Positions 1 through 13,700 of a stretch of 64,000 nucleotides of DNA are shown here, one piece after another. Under the pieces are notes generated by a model that was given only the letters and a program-made list of their open reading frames with translations, searched no databases and was not told the origin of the DNA. Made by a program: the position numbers and the translations under genes. Source of the DNA: Laetmonice hystrix (taxonomy: Eukaryota). The stretch spans positions 20,150,001 through 20,214,000 of the forward strand of contig OZ249443.1 of NCBI GenBank assembly GCA_965235115.1, read 5' to 3'. How positions within the stretch are numbered: position 1 is the stretch's first letter; every line of letters starts with the position of its first letter.

Positions 1-1179
1 TAATCATGCATTTCTCGAAACCTATTCAAGAAAATGTCAATCAAGCCTTTAGTATGTGGTCTACATTAGGAAAGACACTATTTCGTACTTTGTACAGACT
101 GCTGACTGACGCAAAGCTGTGTTCATCGCGTTCGCTCAAGTCTCGCGAGTCGCCGTCCCTATTATTTCACCGAGCTGATAAAAAGTGAAACGTTTATGAT
201 GGATTGGTCCTAGTGTCCCCTGCCCCCAGTCCCTGCTCCCGACCTGCCGTTTATAGACTCGACAAGAGCTGGTAGTCCCGTCCCCGCCCTCCCCCCAGCC
301 CCGACAATTTTGTTTATATCACAGCCCACAAACAACGTCGCTGTACGCGGCCGTCACAGTGCCCCCTGGTGGCCGTTTCATCACCGTCCTGCCTTCTGAT
401 TGGATCTGGTCGAGGACTTGCCTGCAGTAGTTTCACTCATAGCATTTGTTTGTATCAGAGCCAGCGGTCCAGCTACCAGCGACCAGCCCCGGCTGGGCGG
501 ACGTCTTGCTGCTATATGTATCTTCAAGTCCCAATCCCGTTCGTGTATTGATCTCTTGAAGACTTGGCCGGACAATTAGCTAAGGAAGTGTCTCTCGGAT
601 AACGAACTCCCCACTAATCTGACATTTGGGCCTTTCTGGGGTTCGGTTCTCTTGGGCAACGACAAGACTACTACAGGAGATATTTTTTGTGGAGTCTCTT
701 TCGTTTCTGCAGTGTTTTTCTAGCCCAGAATATGTTTGGCCCAAATACAGCTTGGCACAGCCAATGTTTTATGTGGCAGCCAGGCTTTTAAACATGCCTC
801 ACCTCAATTTAGGTAGAAAGGAGGTCGGTAATTTTATTCTCTGAGTTGGGGGGGGGGGGTATCATTCAGGTATTAGATACCCGCCGCTTCATTTGTACGT
901 TCAAGGCCAATCCCTATACCTCAGGGTCAATCCCTAAGGTTCAAGTTATTACTAAACCATTCTGGGCACCGAGGAATACTTTGTGTACCAAATGTTATTG
1001 TCTCCATGATTATGGAATGGCATGGTGCCGAGTTTCAGCCAGAGAATGGTGTCTATTAATCCTATTAAAACGCATTCAGACGGACATCTGTTGGCCGTCT
1101 TCATCTGTTGACCGTCGGCATCTGTTGACCGTCAGCATCTGCTGACCGTCTTCAATGCGAGAAAATTACTTTTGTAATA

Positions 1180-1425
1180 CAGGGTGACCCAAAATAAATG
1201 ATACCCAGAGAAGTGTTAATAGTTTCCACAAGGAGAGATTACACTTATTTTTCACACAAATTTATCCTAGGCAATAACAATTCAGTCCTAAAGATTAGGT
1301 TCTTAACATCAATTGGTCTGTCATTTATGCTCCTTCCAAAATGTGATCGAGATGGCCTCCTTGTCGACGTAGTTGTCGAAACTATTAGCACTTCTAATGG
1401 GCATCATTCATTTTGGGTCACCCTG
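1180..1425. mobile_element. Tc1/mariner-type MITE, ~246 bp
   Basis: Imperfect ~50-bp TIRs (CAGGGTGACCCAAAAT... / ...ATTTTGGGTCACCCTG) flanked by TA at 1178-1179 and 1426-1427. Confidence 0.75.
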
Positions 1426-3365
1426 TATGTCAGCCACGAAAAATCTTCCTCGAATTTCAAAGAAAAAATCCGAAACCGCGGAAAAGCAAGCCCAGCAACC
1501 GGCTAACCCAAGCAGCCTCCACAGGATGCGTTATATATCTAATACCCTCTTACAACTCAAGTGGGAATAATTTAACTCGCTTCCATTGAGAACACATGTT
1601 CGGCGGTCTGCGTTCCATTATCTACTTAAAGTCGGTCGTTTCACCTGAAAAACGGCTTTTAAAAAGTGTCTGTATTTGCTAAAGGCTGTCATAAAGGCTG
1701 ATTGTATTGTGGGCAGCAGATTACCCTGAACAAGTCGTTTTATAACAAGAACCTGCTCGCATAACACTGGCATCCATCAACGTCAATTACTGCTGCTCAC
1801 TCATCACCATGGCCTCGCCACCCAGCGCAAGTCATGCTAACCTCCACTGATAATGGCTTTCAAACAATAATAATAATATCCCAATTCTACTGTCGCCACC
1901 AAATTGAATGACATGCCTGGCAAAAATAAAAAAGGAAAGAAAAAAAATTAAAGGAACGCTGTCTTCTAATGGCACAGTCAATGGAATGAAAGAATGGAGA
2001 TTTTCTGCTCTGAAAGAGTATGGCCGTGGCTCGTTCCAATAGCCTCCCCACCACCATGTATTGATATTGTCCAGGAATAAGAACCACACTGTCATTTGTG
2101 TGAGTGTTCAACCTTGAGCGCTGTAAGCACAGCGAGTATTTGATTACAAGGCAACTCTTTGATTACACCATCACCGGCCCCGGCTCACCGGTCCGACTCA
2201 CCGGCACCAGCGGCCGGTAATGGGCACCTAGTGGTTTCTAAGTCGGTGCCAACCGGCCGGGGTATTCTTCAGGCAATGCACATGTCATTAACTGAAACAA
2301 ATATACCCAGCCTAGCTCACCATCCCCTGCCCTACCCTAGTCAATGCCGCCTCCCTCACTACTGTTCGATCCAATCCCCAGCCTTGTTACAACCAGGCCC
2401 GACACGTTCTATGTTTACCATATTCTCCGCAGGGCACAATGGACACTTTCGGTGGCTTACTTTCGTTCATGCCGCGTGTGTTTTGGATTACGTCAAGACG
2501 GAGGATGTGGTTTTGGTTTACATAATAATAACATCAATTCACATCAAAATAAGGCATGTGGTATTGTATCACATAATTACTGCAGAGCAACGTTCAAATC
2601 ACGTCCGACATTTCGTATGACAGCATAATCAAGTTATTGCAAAGTATTTAAAGTGTGTGGTTTATATCAGATAAACCTCTCCATTAAAACCTGACTCCTG
2701 AGGCACAATCAACAAATTTCTTCACGATTTGAAAATATGGCTTTGTGATATAAATACCGATACATTATGGCATTGTCGTTTTTTACGACTGAATTACCAC
2801 CGCATAATCTAAAAATAGAATGTCTACTGTACCCATGATGAAGTATCAAATTCCTTCTAGTACAGAAGATACAGCAGGTTTTTTAGAGCATCTAAAGCCA
2901 CTTCATACAAGAATATTCTTATTCCAATGCCCCTTTAAGAGGTCTTAGGGACTTAGAGGTCCGATATATATAGAAAACCAAAATTTCATTTCCGCGCAAT
3001 ATGACTTCTCGAAACTACTTACTGATCTGTCAGCTCTCTCTCTCTCTCTCTCATGAGAGGTGTAATAACTGTCACTCACCTAAAAAAATACAAAAAAACG
3101 AAAGAAGATGAATGATCACCATCGAGCGTTCTGTGCCCAGTGTGACGTCACAGCGGGCGTTCACAGAGCGTCGTCAACTGAGAACGAGGTTTGAAAGACA
3201 AGATGGCGGGCGGGCGGCGGCGGTCTGTCAGAATCTGATTGGTAAACGCGTAGTTTCCGGGACAGGTTAATTCAAACTGTTAGGTTTCGGTGCATGGTTA
3301 CATCCGGTACGTGGGAGGATGTCAGCGATGTATAGCTTCATTACTTACTCGGAAGGAAAGAAGTT

Positions 3366-3686
3366 CAGGGTGACCACAAAAATTTCAATGTCAAACTCCC
3401 TGTGTTTTCCCTGGCTCGAGATGAATTTTCCCTGTGATCCGACATGGCTGCCATTCAGTGTTTTTATCAAATATGGCAGCCGTTTTGAATAAGATCGCCA
3501 CATCAGCAGCAATTTGCAAGTGAGATTTTTCCTCTTTAGGCGTAAAAGTATTGTGACTCAGGAGCCCCTAAGCTGTCCCAAAAATCTCCCTGTGTTTTAA
3601 GGATTTTTTTCAAATTCCCTGTGTTTTCCCTGCAGGAAATTTATTTTTACCATTTTCCCTGTTTTCCCTGTGTTGTGGTCACCCTG
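3366..3686. mobile_element. Non-autonomous DNA transposon (CAGGG ends, hAT-like MITE)
   Basis: TIR CAGGGTGACCACA / TGTGGTCACCCTG; internal TTCCCTGTGTTTTCCCTG repeats; GAAGTT directly on both flanks (6-bp TSD). Confidence 0.7.
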
Positions 3687-4286
3687 GAAGTTAAACCGAC
3701 TTCTGAAAGAGGAAAGTTTGGCTCTCCATGCAGTGCAGCTCTTCTACACAAACTGACCCTTGAGATATAGCAGAGGTCTGGGAACTGGGATTGGAATTCG
3801 GATTATATCTGGGGCTATGAATAGTAATAGAATTTTGAACTCTTACCTGCTGATTTCGTGGGGACACTACCACTGTGAATGTCCCGGTTCCGTTAAATTA
3901 CCCTATAGATGGGCCCCTCTATAACTCGATAGTGTCAATATTTGGTGTCGGTAAGAGCAAATCCCCAGGTCCCATGTGACGCGAACCCGACATTTGTAAC
4001 TTAATACTTTAATTACCAGATCTGCACTTGCTGCCTGGAGAATACCAACGACCAGGGGGGGGGGCTGGTCGCCGTCAGGTCCCTATAATTACTGATCTTT
4101 ATAAATTAGACATCTCGTTTACATGTCCTCCAGGGTGCTCATTAACCACCTCACGTTTACATCTGTTTCTTGTACTTCGGTGTTCAGGCGCCGGGCCGGG
4201 GTGGGGGTGGGGGGGGGGGGGTGCGACGGGTGCGCTCGCACCCCCTCCAAAAAAATCCCCCGAGGTCCCCTCCAGGGGGAACATAT

Positions 4287-4730
4287 AATTCTTAGTACGG
4301 TGGTTCGTAGGACTTCACGGGTGGTTCGTGCCTGTTCGCAATGAATCGTAGAGTTAAAAAATATGCCGAATTGATGCGATTCACCTACGAATTCCTACGA
4401 TCTGCTAAGAATAACTACGATCCTGCCTACGATCGTAGCAAGCCTTGACAGTCGTAGCAGTTCTTGACAAGTCTTCACAATTCGTAGCAAATCGTGAGGT
4501 GTCGTATGTAGTTTGTGGGTAAATCGGGACAGTTCGTACTTTGTGACGGTTCGGCATGAGTTCAGCATGGTTCGTAGAGGAGACGTAGGTAATTCCTAAG
4601 TACATCGTAGCAGATCGTAGCTAATGCGCAGCCAATTCGTAGTGTGTGCGGACACACACTACGAATTGGCCGAGCGACCAAGAACCGGCACGAATTTCAA
4701 TTCGGGACAGTTCGGCGCGCTCTCACGAAA
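4287..4730. repeat. CTACGA/TCGTAG-rich element with a perfect 18-bp hairpin
   Basis: Dense CTACGA/TCGTAG motifs; stem GCCAATTCGTAGTGTGTG (4631-4648), loop CGGA, exact reverse complement at 4653-4670. Confidence 0.6.
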
Positions 4731-5499
4731 AATTCGGGAATGTGGGAAAGCCCCTTTACGGATCGCAAGACAGTGGGAACCTAGCGTTAATTCCCACCCG
4801 TCTTACGTGGCTGATCCCACAACTCAAGTGAACAACAAAATCCCTTTCCTCCCCTGTCTGACGTGCCAATTGTCTCACAGACAGTGCCGCTCACAAGACA
4901 ATAGCCACCTGATGGCGTCCATTTCACGGCGCCTGCACACTGTCATGGCAACATCCAATATCAAATGTCACCCGAGAGGATATTTTCTTAGCGCTCACAA
5001 AATAAACTCTGTCTTTCCACCACTAATAATTTCTAGAACCCCGTAAATTTGACACATATTTGGCGCGAACGCTCGAGTTAATCTGTCGTCTTCCGCCCCC
5101 CCCCCCCGTCTCCCGCGGTACTTGTACCATGGAAAAACAAGATCCCCTACTAACAAAAATCTTAATCCCGTGGACAAATCTAAATTGTCATTAACCATGA
5201 CAAAATGGGAATTTAAGAACAAAAGCGGCATTGCTTCAAAAAAAAGTGGCGTTCGGCTTAGTCGGCAAAAAGAGATAGATGGCTCCGTGCTACAGCAGAA
5301 TACTCCGAAGTCCAGCCATTCAATTTATTTCCCCTGGGGCCGTGCGGCTTGCGTTATTCACCGGTTTAACTGTCACATGGCAGTCAATTTATCATCAGGG
5401 TCACAAGTTGGCGGTAATTGCACTTGTTTAGTGACCAAGGTTGTCGTGTGAAGGTCGATCTAGGACGTCGGACGCTCCAAGTAGATTGCTGCCGAGTGG

Positions 5500-5808
5500 A
5501 GTGTCCGTTTTTATCGTGGAGGGGGGGGGGGGGGTAGAGATATTTAGCACATTTTCTGTGTCAATATCAAGCAACACCGTTCAATGTGTCCATTCGAGGA
5601 CGTGTTGATTCGGTGTTTTCTCATGTCCCTCCGTCTGTATTGCATGCGAGTGTCTGTTTTTATCGTGGAGAGGGAACAGGAGAGGGAGGAGGGGGTAGAG
5701 ATATTTGACACATTTTCTGTGTCAATATCAAGCAACACCGTTCAATGTGTCCAGTCGAGGACGTGTTGATTCGGTGTTTTCTCATGTCCCTCAGTCTGTA
5801 TTACATGC
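5500..5808. repeat. Tandem duplication, ~161-bp unit x ~1.9
   Basis: GGGGTAGAGATATTT...CATGTCCCT recurs at 5531 and 5692. Confidence 0.85.
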
Positions 5809-6217
5809 GTCGATCAGGGATGAATGGTTGCTTTCCGCTGCTTCCTGTTGGCACTCATCCAGCAGCTGGTCAGGGATGGGATCCACCACCCCTTCCCTAC
5901 CACTGCGTCGATATCTGACAGAAACATGGAGATGGTGGGGGTAGGCAATGATAAAAACTACTTTGACATCAGATAGGCATAAAGAAATGTTATCTGAGAC
6001 AAGACAAAGGTTCAAAAAACGTTTTGGAACGTGTACGTTGTGCGAGTAAAACGTTTTAAGGTTTCCTGTCAGCTGGGATGTTTCATCACCCAGCTTAGAG
6101 CAGCGGGAATGACAATCCTGCCCACATGAAGGACCCCCCCCCCCCCACCCCCACCCCCACCAATGGGACGTCCAATGTCGATGACCGTCACAATAAACCT
6201 GTTTGTATATGTTCCAG

Positions 6218-7311
6218 GGACGTTCGAGTACTCGGAGGAGCTGTGTAAGCTCTGGGTGACCCTCGACCTCTTCTTCTGTAACAACATCTGTCTCCACCTG
6301 GCCTTCACCAACATGGACACATTCCTACGGCTTAAAGACCCACTCCGTCACGGCCGGATCGTCACCACCTGCTCTGTGGTGTTGTGGATCGGAGCCCCTT
6401 GGATGATATCACTGGTCCAGGCCATCGCTCAGTTCATGCTCAGCCAGGGTGACCACGGCATCATCCATTCCGGGGTCTGCTTCATCGCTGACAAGAACTT
6501 CGTGATCCTAGGCACCCTCTTCTCCTTCCTCATCCCCACTATTATATCCATTCTTTTCTACTGCCTCTGTGTGTGCGAGATCCGGGCCTTGAAGCATGGC
6601 AAGTTTCTTGAGGAGAGTGAAGGGAGTCAGAACGTGTACCGCTACGCTTCAAATGAGTCTCTACCGGAGGAGCTCTCCGACACAACTAGTTGTCTGTCCG
6701 ACACGCAATGCGACACGACCACGACTGCCCCCGAGCAGGTGCAGCTGGCAGTCGTGACAAACATGAAAGAAGGGGAGGTCAAGGAATGCGTGAGTAACTC
6801 CCCTCACAACTCCAGCCTGGAGGAGACGACGTCGTTCTGCGACGACCACGCGCTCTCTCCATGCGCCGGCGACCACGCTAACAATAACGCCGCCACCAAC
6901 TTTATGGAGCACATCCTGTCGACTGACCAGAGCGCCTCCTGTACTCTCCTCCTGCGGGAGTCTCACACGGAGGGCGTCCTCCCGGAGACATTGATCCGGC
7001 CCAATGCCGAGGTCGACCACAGTAGTCCAGACGAGAACCTTCGCCATGAACAGGCCATCAGCCGGCTCATGTTCTTACTCCTCATCTGCTGCATCGCTCT
7101 TTGGGTGCCCTTCTCTGCCAGCAACGTCGTCTACGGCGTCTGTAGGCATTGCCGGGCCAACATGGCCTTCGATGAAATGAGCACGTTCAAGTGGCTGGCT
7201 TACAGTACCGCGGTGCTTGGCCCATTCATTTATGTGAAGTTCTCTGAACCGATGAGGGACGCCTACTGTAAACTTTTCAGTTGTCTCTACTGTAGACGGT
7301 GCTGGCATTAG
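6218..7311 (+). CDS. Class A (rhodopsin-like) GPCR, aminergic/5-HT2-like; large terminal exon encoding ECL1 to TM7 and C-tail
   Basis: ORF 6163-7311 has C..W..LDLFFC (TM3 with D3.32), ECL2 Cys, TM5 FSFLIP, long ICL3, TM6 LWVPF, TM7 GPFIY and a Cys-rich tail. Acceptor gttccag at 6211-6217 precedes G-T-F-E-Y. TM1-TM2 exon(s) not found in the window. Confidence 0.85.
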
Positions 7312-9420
7312 CCTGGTCCATATCTATAGTTCAATTCGCAGTGATCTCCCTTCAATGGCCGGTTCGTGTCTGGACGGATCAGGTTTCAAAGGAGCGAACT
7401 TTAATATGTCGCTGAATCTCAATCAGTAGGTTGTCATTCTCTGCTTTTAGCGTTCATGTGACCCCACGGGAAGTGTTTATACAGAATCTCTTTACGCATG
7501 TCGACGTGGTGTGACCCTGACGTCACAGAACACACTGTGACGTCACTGGCACTGTGACGTCTAGCAATTCTAGGATGTCCGACCTGATGGTCAGATGTGG
7601 ATTTAAAAAAAGTGTAAAATTGGTGCATGGTCAAGTTTGATGATGACGTCATCAGGAGCACGGACCAATCGGGTGTCAGTGGACCCTGTCCACAGACCCA
7701 CTGCGAGGGTCACGTCAGCCTATGTTTAGGTGCAACAGACCCGCTGGACAATTAACTTGGGAGTGTCAAACACATCCCTGTCACCGAAATCAGCCCAATC
7801 CACTATATTACCAAAAGTGTTCCTTGATGTTTGTTTCATGTAGCATTGTTACATTTGTTTCTATACAGTGACTTTGTAAAGGTCAGTAGCATTTTGTTAA
7901 TTAGTTCCACTACATATTGCTTATTATTCCAGTTTTTGTTGTCTACCTAATATCATACAGAGAGAAGTGACAATTTAAGACCTGATGTTGTATTTCATTT
8001 ATATTCCGAGAAAGTTTCCTGTAAAAACATGGATCCATTTTTCAGTAACAAGTCCGTAACGAATCAATAAAATACGACACGCATAATTTTACCGAAAACT
8101 GAATGAGTAAACCCTGCCTTTCGATGATCCTGCTACAATCATTGTAAATGCATTACCCCCAACTCCGTATTGTCCACAAGTAAAAAGCGCCTGAAAAATA
8201 ACATTACAATTCAGAACATCTACAGCACTAAAACGAGACAACATCCATCAAAAAGAACATTATTGAGGAGAATTTCAACCCCCATGATTTTCAGTTTAGT
8301 TATGAATATGCTACAATATCTGAGGTGGGTGTATATTCCAGTTTCCCCCCTGATGTCTTGCTGACAATCTTGCAGGGAAGTTGGCGGGGAAGTGTGGGGG
8401 GGGGGGGGGGGCACCTCGTGACCTGTCCTGCCCTTTAACGACCTCTTTAACTCGTCTCTGCCCTATGTGGTAGGAGTTCCTATTTACCGTATTGTGTTTA
8501 CATTAATCAGAATTTCCCGACTTTACTGTTATTAATTTCGCAAACATGCGGTAAAAAAGGGTCGTATTTTCCTTCAACTGTGTTTCACAGCGCCCATAAA
8601 TAGAGTCTGCAATCGGGGTCACTGCTGATGGGAAAGGTTTCCAAAATTCAACCACAGAACAAAGTCAACATGTGTCATTTATCATCTCGGTTCAAAAAAA
8701 GTTCAGATTGCTTGACTGTTCAAAACGAAAATAAAGACAACAAAAAACAAAGCAATCAACCAAACAAAAGTCTTTTATATGAATCCATATTTTACCGACA
8801 CGACCAAGTTTCAAGTTCTTATTTCGGTCAAACTGGTGAGATTAAATCGAGCGCCAAGCAGTCCATCCCCCAGCAATCACTGATCACCAATTTGAGCTGG
8901 TGTAAACCAATGCCGCGCTCACTGTAACCGTACAACTTATTCCCTTACCGTACCGATTGTCCAACTCACAATGTATTTCACCATGTGATTAGCAGCTTGG
9001 ATCTACTTCTCACGTCATTTGCCAACTCACAATGCACTGTAACGTGACTGGTTAATTATAAAGGTAATGCAGTATGACTTTAATAGAGAACTCATACTGT
9101 TAGGAATATTGCAGTACTGCTGCTACTGAGCCACTGACGGCGACTGGCAAGATGCTTACAAATATACCTGCTAACCCTTGTTTGCAATTGAATGTCAACA
9201 TCGAAGTTAGACGGACAGTCCGTCGCGCTTAGTGAAACACCCCCGGGTTCCGCCTCCTGGCCAAGTTGAGCACCTACAGCACATGAACCCCATTCCCAAT
9301 CAATCTCACTCGCTCATGTGATTTATTTTCTTCAAACACACGGATGTCACGTCAAAGCTGGACGCCGAAATGTACGTGACAATCGGACATGAGAGGAAAC
9401 GCTGTCAAATGGCAGTCAGA

Positions 9421-9500
9421 AACGTGACGCGACGTCACTCAGGAACCGCTGGCCAATCAGGGCGAGGGGGCGGGGCCAATTTACAGGCTCGAGCCGGAAG
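9421..9500. promoter_or_regulatory. Promoter-like motif cluster
   Basis: CRE-like GACGTCAC, two CCAAT boxes, GC box GGGGCGGGG and ETS site CCGGAAGT within ~80 bp. Confidence 0.4.
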
Positions 9501-10084
9501 TGTGTTATCGTTTACAGATTAGAGAAATGTTCCATATCACCTGAGTTGTGTCATCAAAAACTACGCCGTTAGAGTTAGCAGACGACCTGTCTGGACTAAG
9601 CTGCCTGTGGAACAAAACATGAGATTATCACGACAATGAATCCCACACTCATATCCTGTCCAGACGTACTGCCACGTCAACGACACGTCAACTGCTGCTG
9701 GACAATTTCCGGTGATGTTTCCTGTCTACGGAACCTCTGAATGGAGCTCGGCCGACACGATACTCTGGCTGGCTTCTCTACAATCCGTTCTCTTTCATCC
9801 CCCGTCTGCCTGGTTCTGCTATATCCCTGTAATCTTCACTGTCTTGCAATAACATACTTAGTGGCACGCGCCTGTGTTTTTTTAATTTTTTTTGTTTTAA
9901 TCATCATACTACTGTAGCCTCCTGGAGATTCATCATGAATCTGTACTGTGCCGATTTACATTCCAGCTACTTCGTCCTGTTTTATTAGTATAGCGCGACT
10001 GTCCTCTTTCACCGTAACATTGGCACTGCGCTACTTTATGATAGATCTGCTGTAAAGATCTACATTCCCTTGTTTCCTGACCGA

Positions 10085-10730
10085 ACAGTTTTTGTCCTGG
10101 TTTAGGATAAACTTATATTCTCTCGTTTCCTTACATAGTTGTTTTGTTCTGGTTTAGTATAGGCCTACATTCTCTCGTTTCCTTTACACCGTTGTTTTGT
10201 CCTGGTTTAGTATAGACCTACATGTATATTCTCTCGTTTCCTTTACACCGTTGTTTTGTCCTGGTCTAGTATAGACCTATATTCTCTTGTTTCCTTTACA
10301 CCGTTGTTTTGTCCTGGTTTAGTATAGACCTATATTCTCTTGTTTCCTTACACCGTTGTTTTGTGCTGGTTTAGTATAGACCTACATTCTCTCGTTTCCT
10401 TTACACCGTTGTTTTGTCCTGGTTTAGTATAGACCTATATTCTCTTGTTTCCTTTACACCGTTGTTTTGTCCTGGTTTAGTATAGACCTATATTCTCTTG
10501 TTTCCTTACACCGTTGTTTTGTCCTGGTTTAGTATAGACCTATATTCTCTTGTTTCCTTTACACCGTTGTTTTGTCCTGGTTTAGTATAGGCCTACATTC
10601 TCTCGTTTCCTTTACACCGTTGTTTTGTCCTGGTGTTGTATAGACCTTTTCTCTTGTTTCCTCACATAGTTGTTTTGTCCTGGTTTAGTATGCTAGTATA
10701 CACCTACATTCTCCTGTTTTTGTCCTGGTT
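10085..10730. repeat. Minisatellite, ~52-53-bp unit, ~11 copies
   Basis: Unit TTCTCTCGTTTCCTTTACACCGTTGTTTTGTCCTGGTTTAGTATAGACCTA(C/T)A repeated head-to-tail. Confidence 0.9.
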
Positions 10731-13700
10731 TTATCAAACACTCGCCTTGGTGCTATAGTATTACACAGATCTCTATTGACCTGCTATATTACACCACTTC
10801 ATTGTCCCGTTGTATTCTCGGGTCCTGCCACATACCGACAGCCAGCCTTCCTGTCCCGCCCATACACACTACCAGTCTCTACGACCTCTCCCAGGCTACA
10901 AGTCATATACAGTAAATCATCTTGACTACCAGTACCGACGTTCCTACCAGTCATTAAAGTCTATCTACAGCGCCATCTTACGGTCTTTCACACTGTTTTA
11001 ATCCTCTCTCTCCTCTCGGCCTAAGTGAGTGATCACCTCTCGCTTCGTCATCATCTAGGTTCCAGAGAAGGACGCAGGACCTTGTCCCTATGACGACATT
11101 CGATTCAATCTTGTGAAACAGTACGGGTTCTTTTCAGAACATAATTCGAAAAAAACGGTACGATGAACCAGCATCCTAACCTATACATAAGGGCTGGAGT
11201 TGAAGGGCGTTTTTTTTATTCTCAAACCCTCCTGTTTCCATGGTGACCATCCCGCATCAATGCTGGTGGACCGGAAGGGGACAGGACGCATGCGTGACGT
11301 CACCTAACAGACCCCGGGAATTATGACAACCAGTCCTTGGCACGTAATGACTTCGCTGCAAACTCGTGCGTCTCCTCGGCAAATAATAAATGTTTTGGGC
11401 GAAGTAAATGAGAAAAGCATGGCGTTGGTCGTAAAGAGTCCGGAGGGTGTGTGGGTGTGTGTGTTCGAGGACGACGGATGTGTACATCTGCCATGTCTGT
11501 CCACATGGGGTGTTTGCAGACGTCACCCAGATCATCAAGTCTCCCCAGACAAGGGGACGCCGTGTAACTTATCGACATCTTTATGTCATTCTATAATCCG
11601 TCCGCTGAGACAACACGGTCTGTCAGTACGTGACGTCACGAGTCTCACCGGACTCTGCCTGGTAATCTTCACGTGATGACATTAAAACTTTCCAGGCCGC
11701 GTCTTAATAGAGTTATACATTTACACAGCGCCGTTTTCAATGAAACTAACCACACATGTGAATGTACAGAAAGGTAGGCGTCCTGCTGAAGTAACTTGAG
11801 TTTGGTTGAGAAAAACGCTGTGAGGCTCATCGACTTTACCCAACCCATGTGATAACCCCACTTTGTGACGTCACAGTACAGCTTGATTCCGGTCGTAACC
11901 GGAAGTAATAACTTGTGACGCTGTTTCTATTATTTCCAAACGAGAAACCTTATGCTGAATAAACACCTCACCATTTTGACAACCTTCTTTATCCAAGTTG
12001 TTCTAATTCCCCAACCCAACCCCAACCCAACCCAACCCAAGAAGGTCCTAAAGATCCATGGCATGTGTCAGGAATTGACGGAGAAAAGGCACTTTACAAA
12101 CCATGACCTGATCACGTGTTTGCAAACCTTGATATAAGATCTCAATGACGATTCTATACCATTAGCAGTGCCAACGTCGAATCGACTACTCAGCAAGAGA
12201 GAATCCCTAAGTAAACCTAATCACAAGATTACCTGCTTTAAAGGGGAAAAACTAATAGTTCAGACTTTCGAGCAAAAATGAATGGATCCCAGCACGTGAA
12301 AAGTCGGACGTCACGAAGGTCGCCACCCATAAACACCCTCTCAACCCAGCGACGTCCACCCAAAAATAACCAGTTTTTCAAATTAATGTGGAACTAAATT
12401 GGCACTACAGTTAGGATCTATTATCTAGGATCACCCATAAACAAGGGCTGGATATTCTGATCGGTAGAAAGCATGTTGGGCAGCATCTAGCCTGATTTTA
12501 TGAGCCAGCAGCATGCTTGGCAGCACCAAGCTTTGTGACAAGGCATCGGCATCATGTCTTAACGACCTCCAGCCCACGATATTGGTTTCTGTCACTCATT
12601 TCGTTTACACGCACGTACACAATTCTCATCCACAAACACACAGAAAATGGCAAAAAATGGACCTCCTAATGGGCTTTCCTTCTGCCGGTTCATTCGGTGT
12701 AAACTTCATTTCATTTGATAACAGACGGTGCTACCGTTTGATTGATTCATTTGTAAAATCTAACATACTTTGGTTGAGTCTACTGGAGGACGGCGGGGGT
12801 GGGGTGGGGGGTGGTGGTAGGATATTAGCTGGGGGTGACCATTAATAATTCACAGGGGTGACAGATACTATCTCTGGTATTCTGTATAGTGACGGTCGTT
12901 TTAAAATAGGTGCGACATCACTTTAGTCGGTCTAGGAGCTCTGACACGAGGATAATGGTCCATGGTGCTTCCCAAGACAATGATGGATCACCATGGCAAC
13001 CACTACTGATCAGCCAAATAATCTTCGGGGTGGATTCCCACCAAGGCTGTGTGAGGGGGCGCCCGTTACCATGGTGTGTGTGTGTGTGGGGGGGGGACAA
13101 CCCTTCTTACACTACCAACAACCTCCCTCCCCCCACACCCCGCCCCCTACCAACAAACCTGCACTAGATCACTAGATGAAGGGGTTGATGCATTCCCACT
13201 ATAGAATTCACGGGTCAACCCTTCATCCATTTCTTTGATAGTTTTAGGCAATGGATGCCATCTTTGTCATAAATATATGGGTAGACTTCGGAATATTCGC
13301 AGTCAATTTGCATGTCCTGTCACGTAAACTAAATGCCACATTTTTCACAAGCATCTTCCCACTGAGTTATTATTCCGCATCTTTCTCCCAAAGCCTTGAC
13401 TGACATCGGTACACATAGCAACGGATAAAACCCGTTTCAACCATCCAAGTTAGATGTATAGTGTCTCTTTTATTTTACTTCCCGGATCGTCCTTGGAGAA
13501 GGCGGCCATGCAGGAACAGCTATCAAACGCCGAGTGACGTTCCCGTTTTTAGATGCAACCATGCCGGCCCTTAATAACTTCACCTTCAATTAATTCTCGC
13601 GAGAAGGCCGCGCGAGAGGGGCCCAGATAGTTCACATTCCTGCCACCAGGCGGCAGCAGGGTCAATCTGTTCCGAGAGCTGCCTGAATCACCTTCCCAGA

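Noticed and set aside
6163-6217. ATG at 6163 as the GPCR start
   Set aside because: It would omit TM1-TM2; a good acceptor at 6211-6217 makes this stretch more likely intronic.
10085-10730. CRISPR-like array (also 61667-63243)
   Set aside because: Head-to-tail repeats with no unique spacers, no cas genes, and eukaryotic intron/intergenic context.
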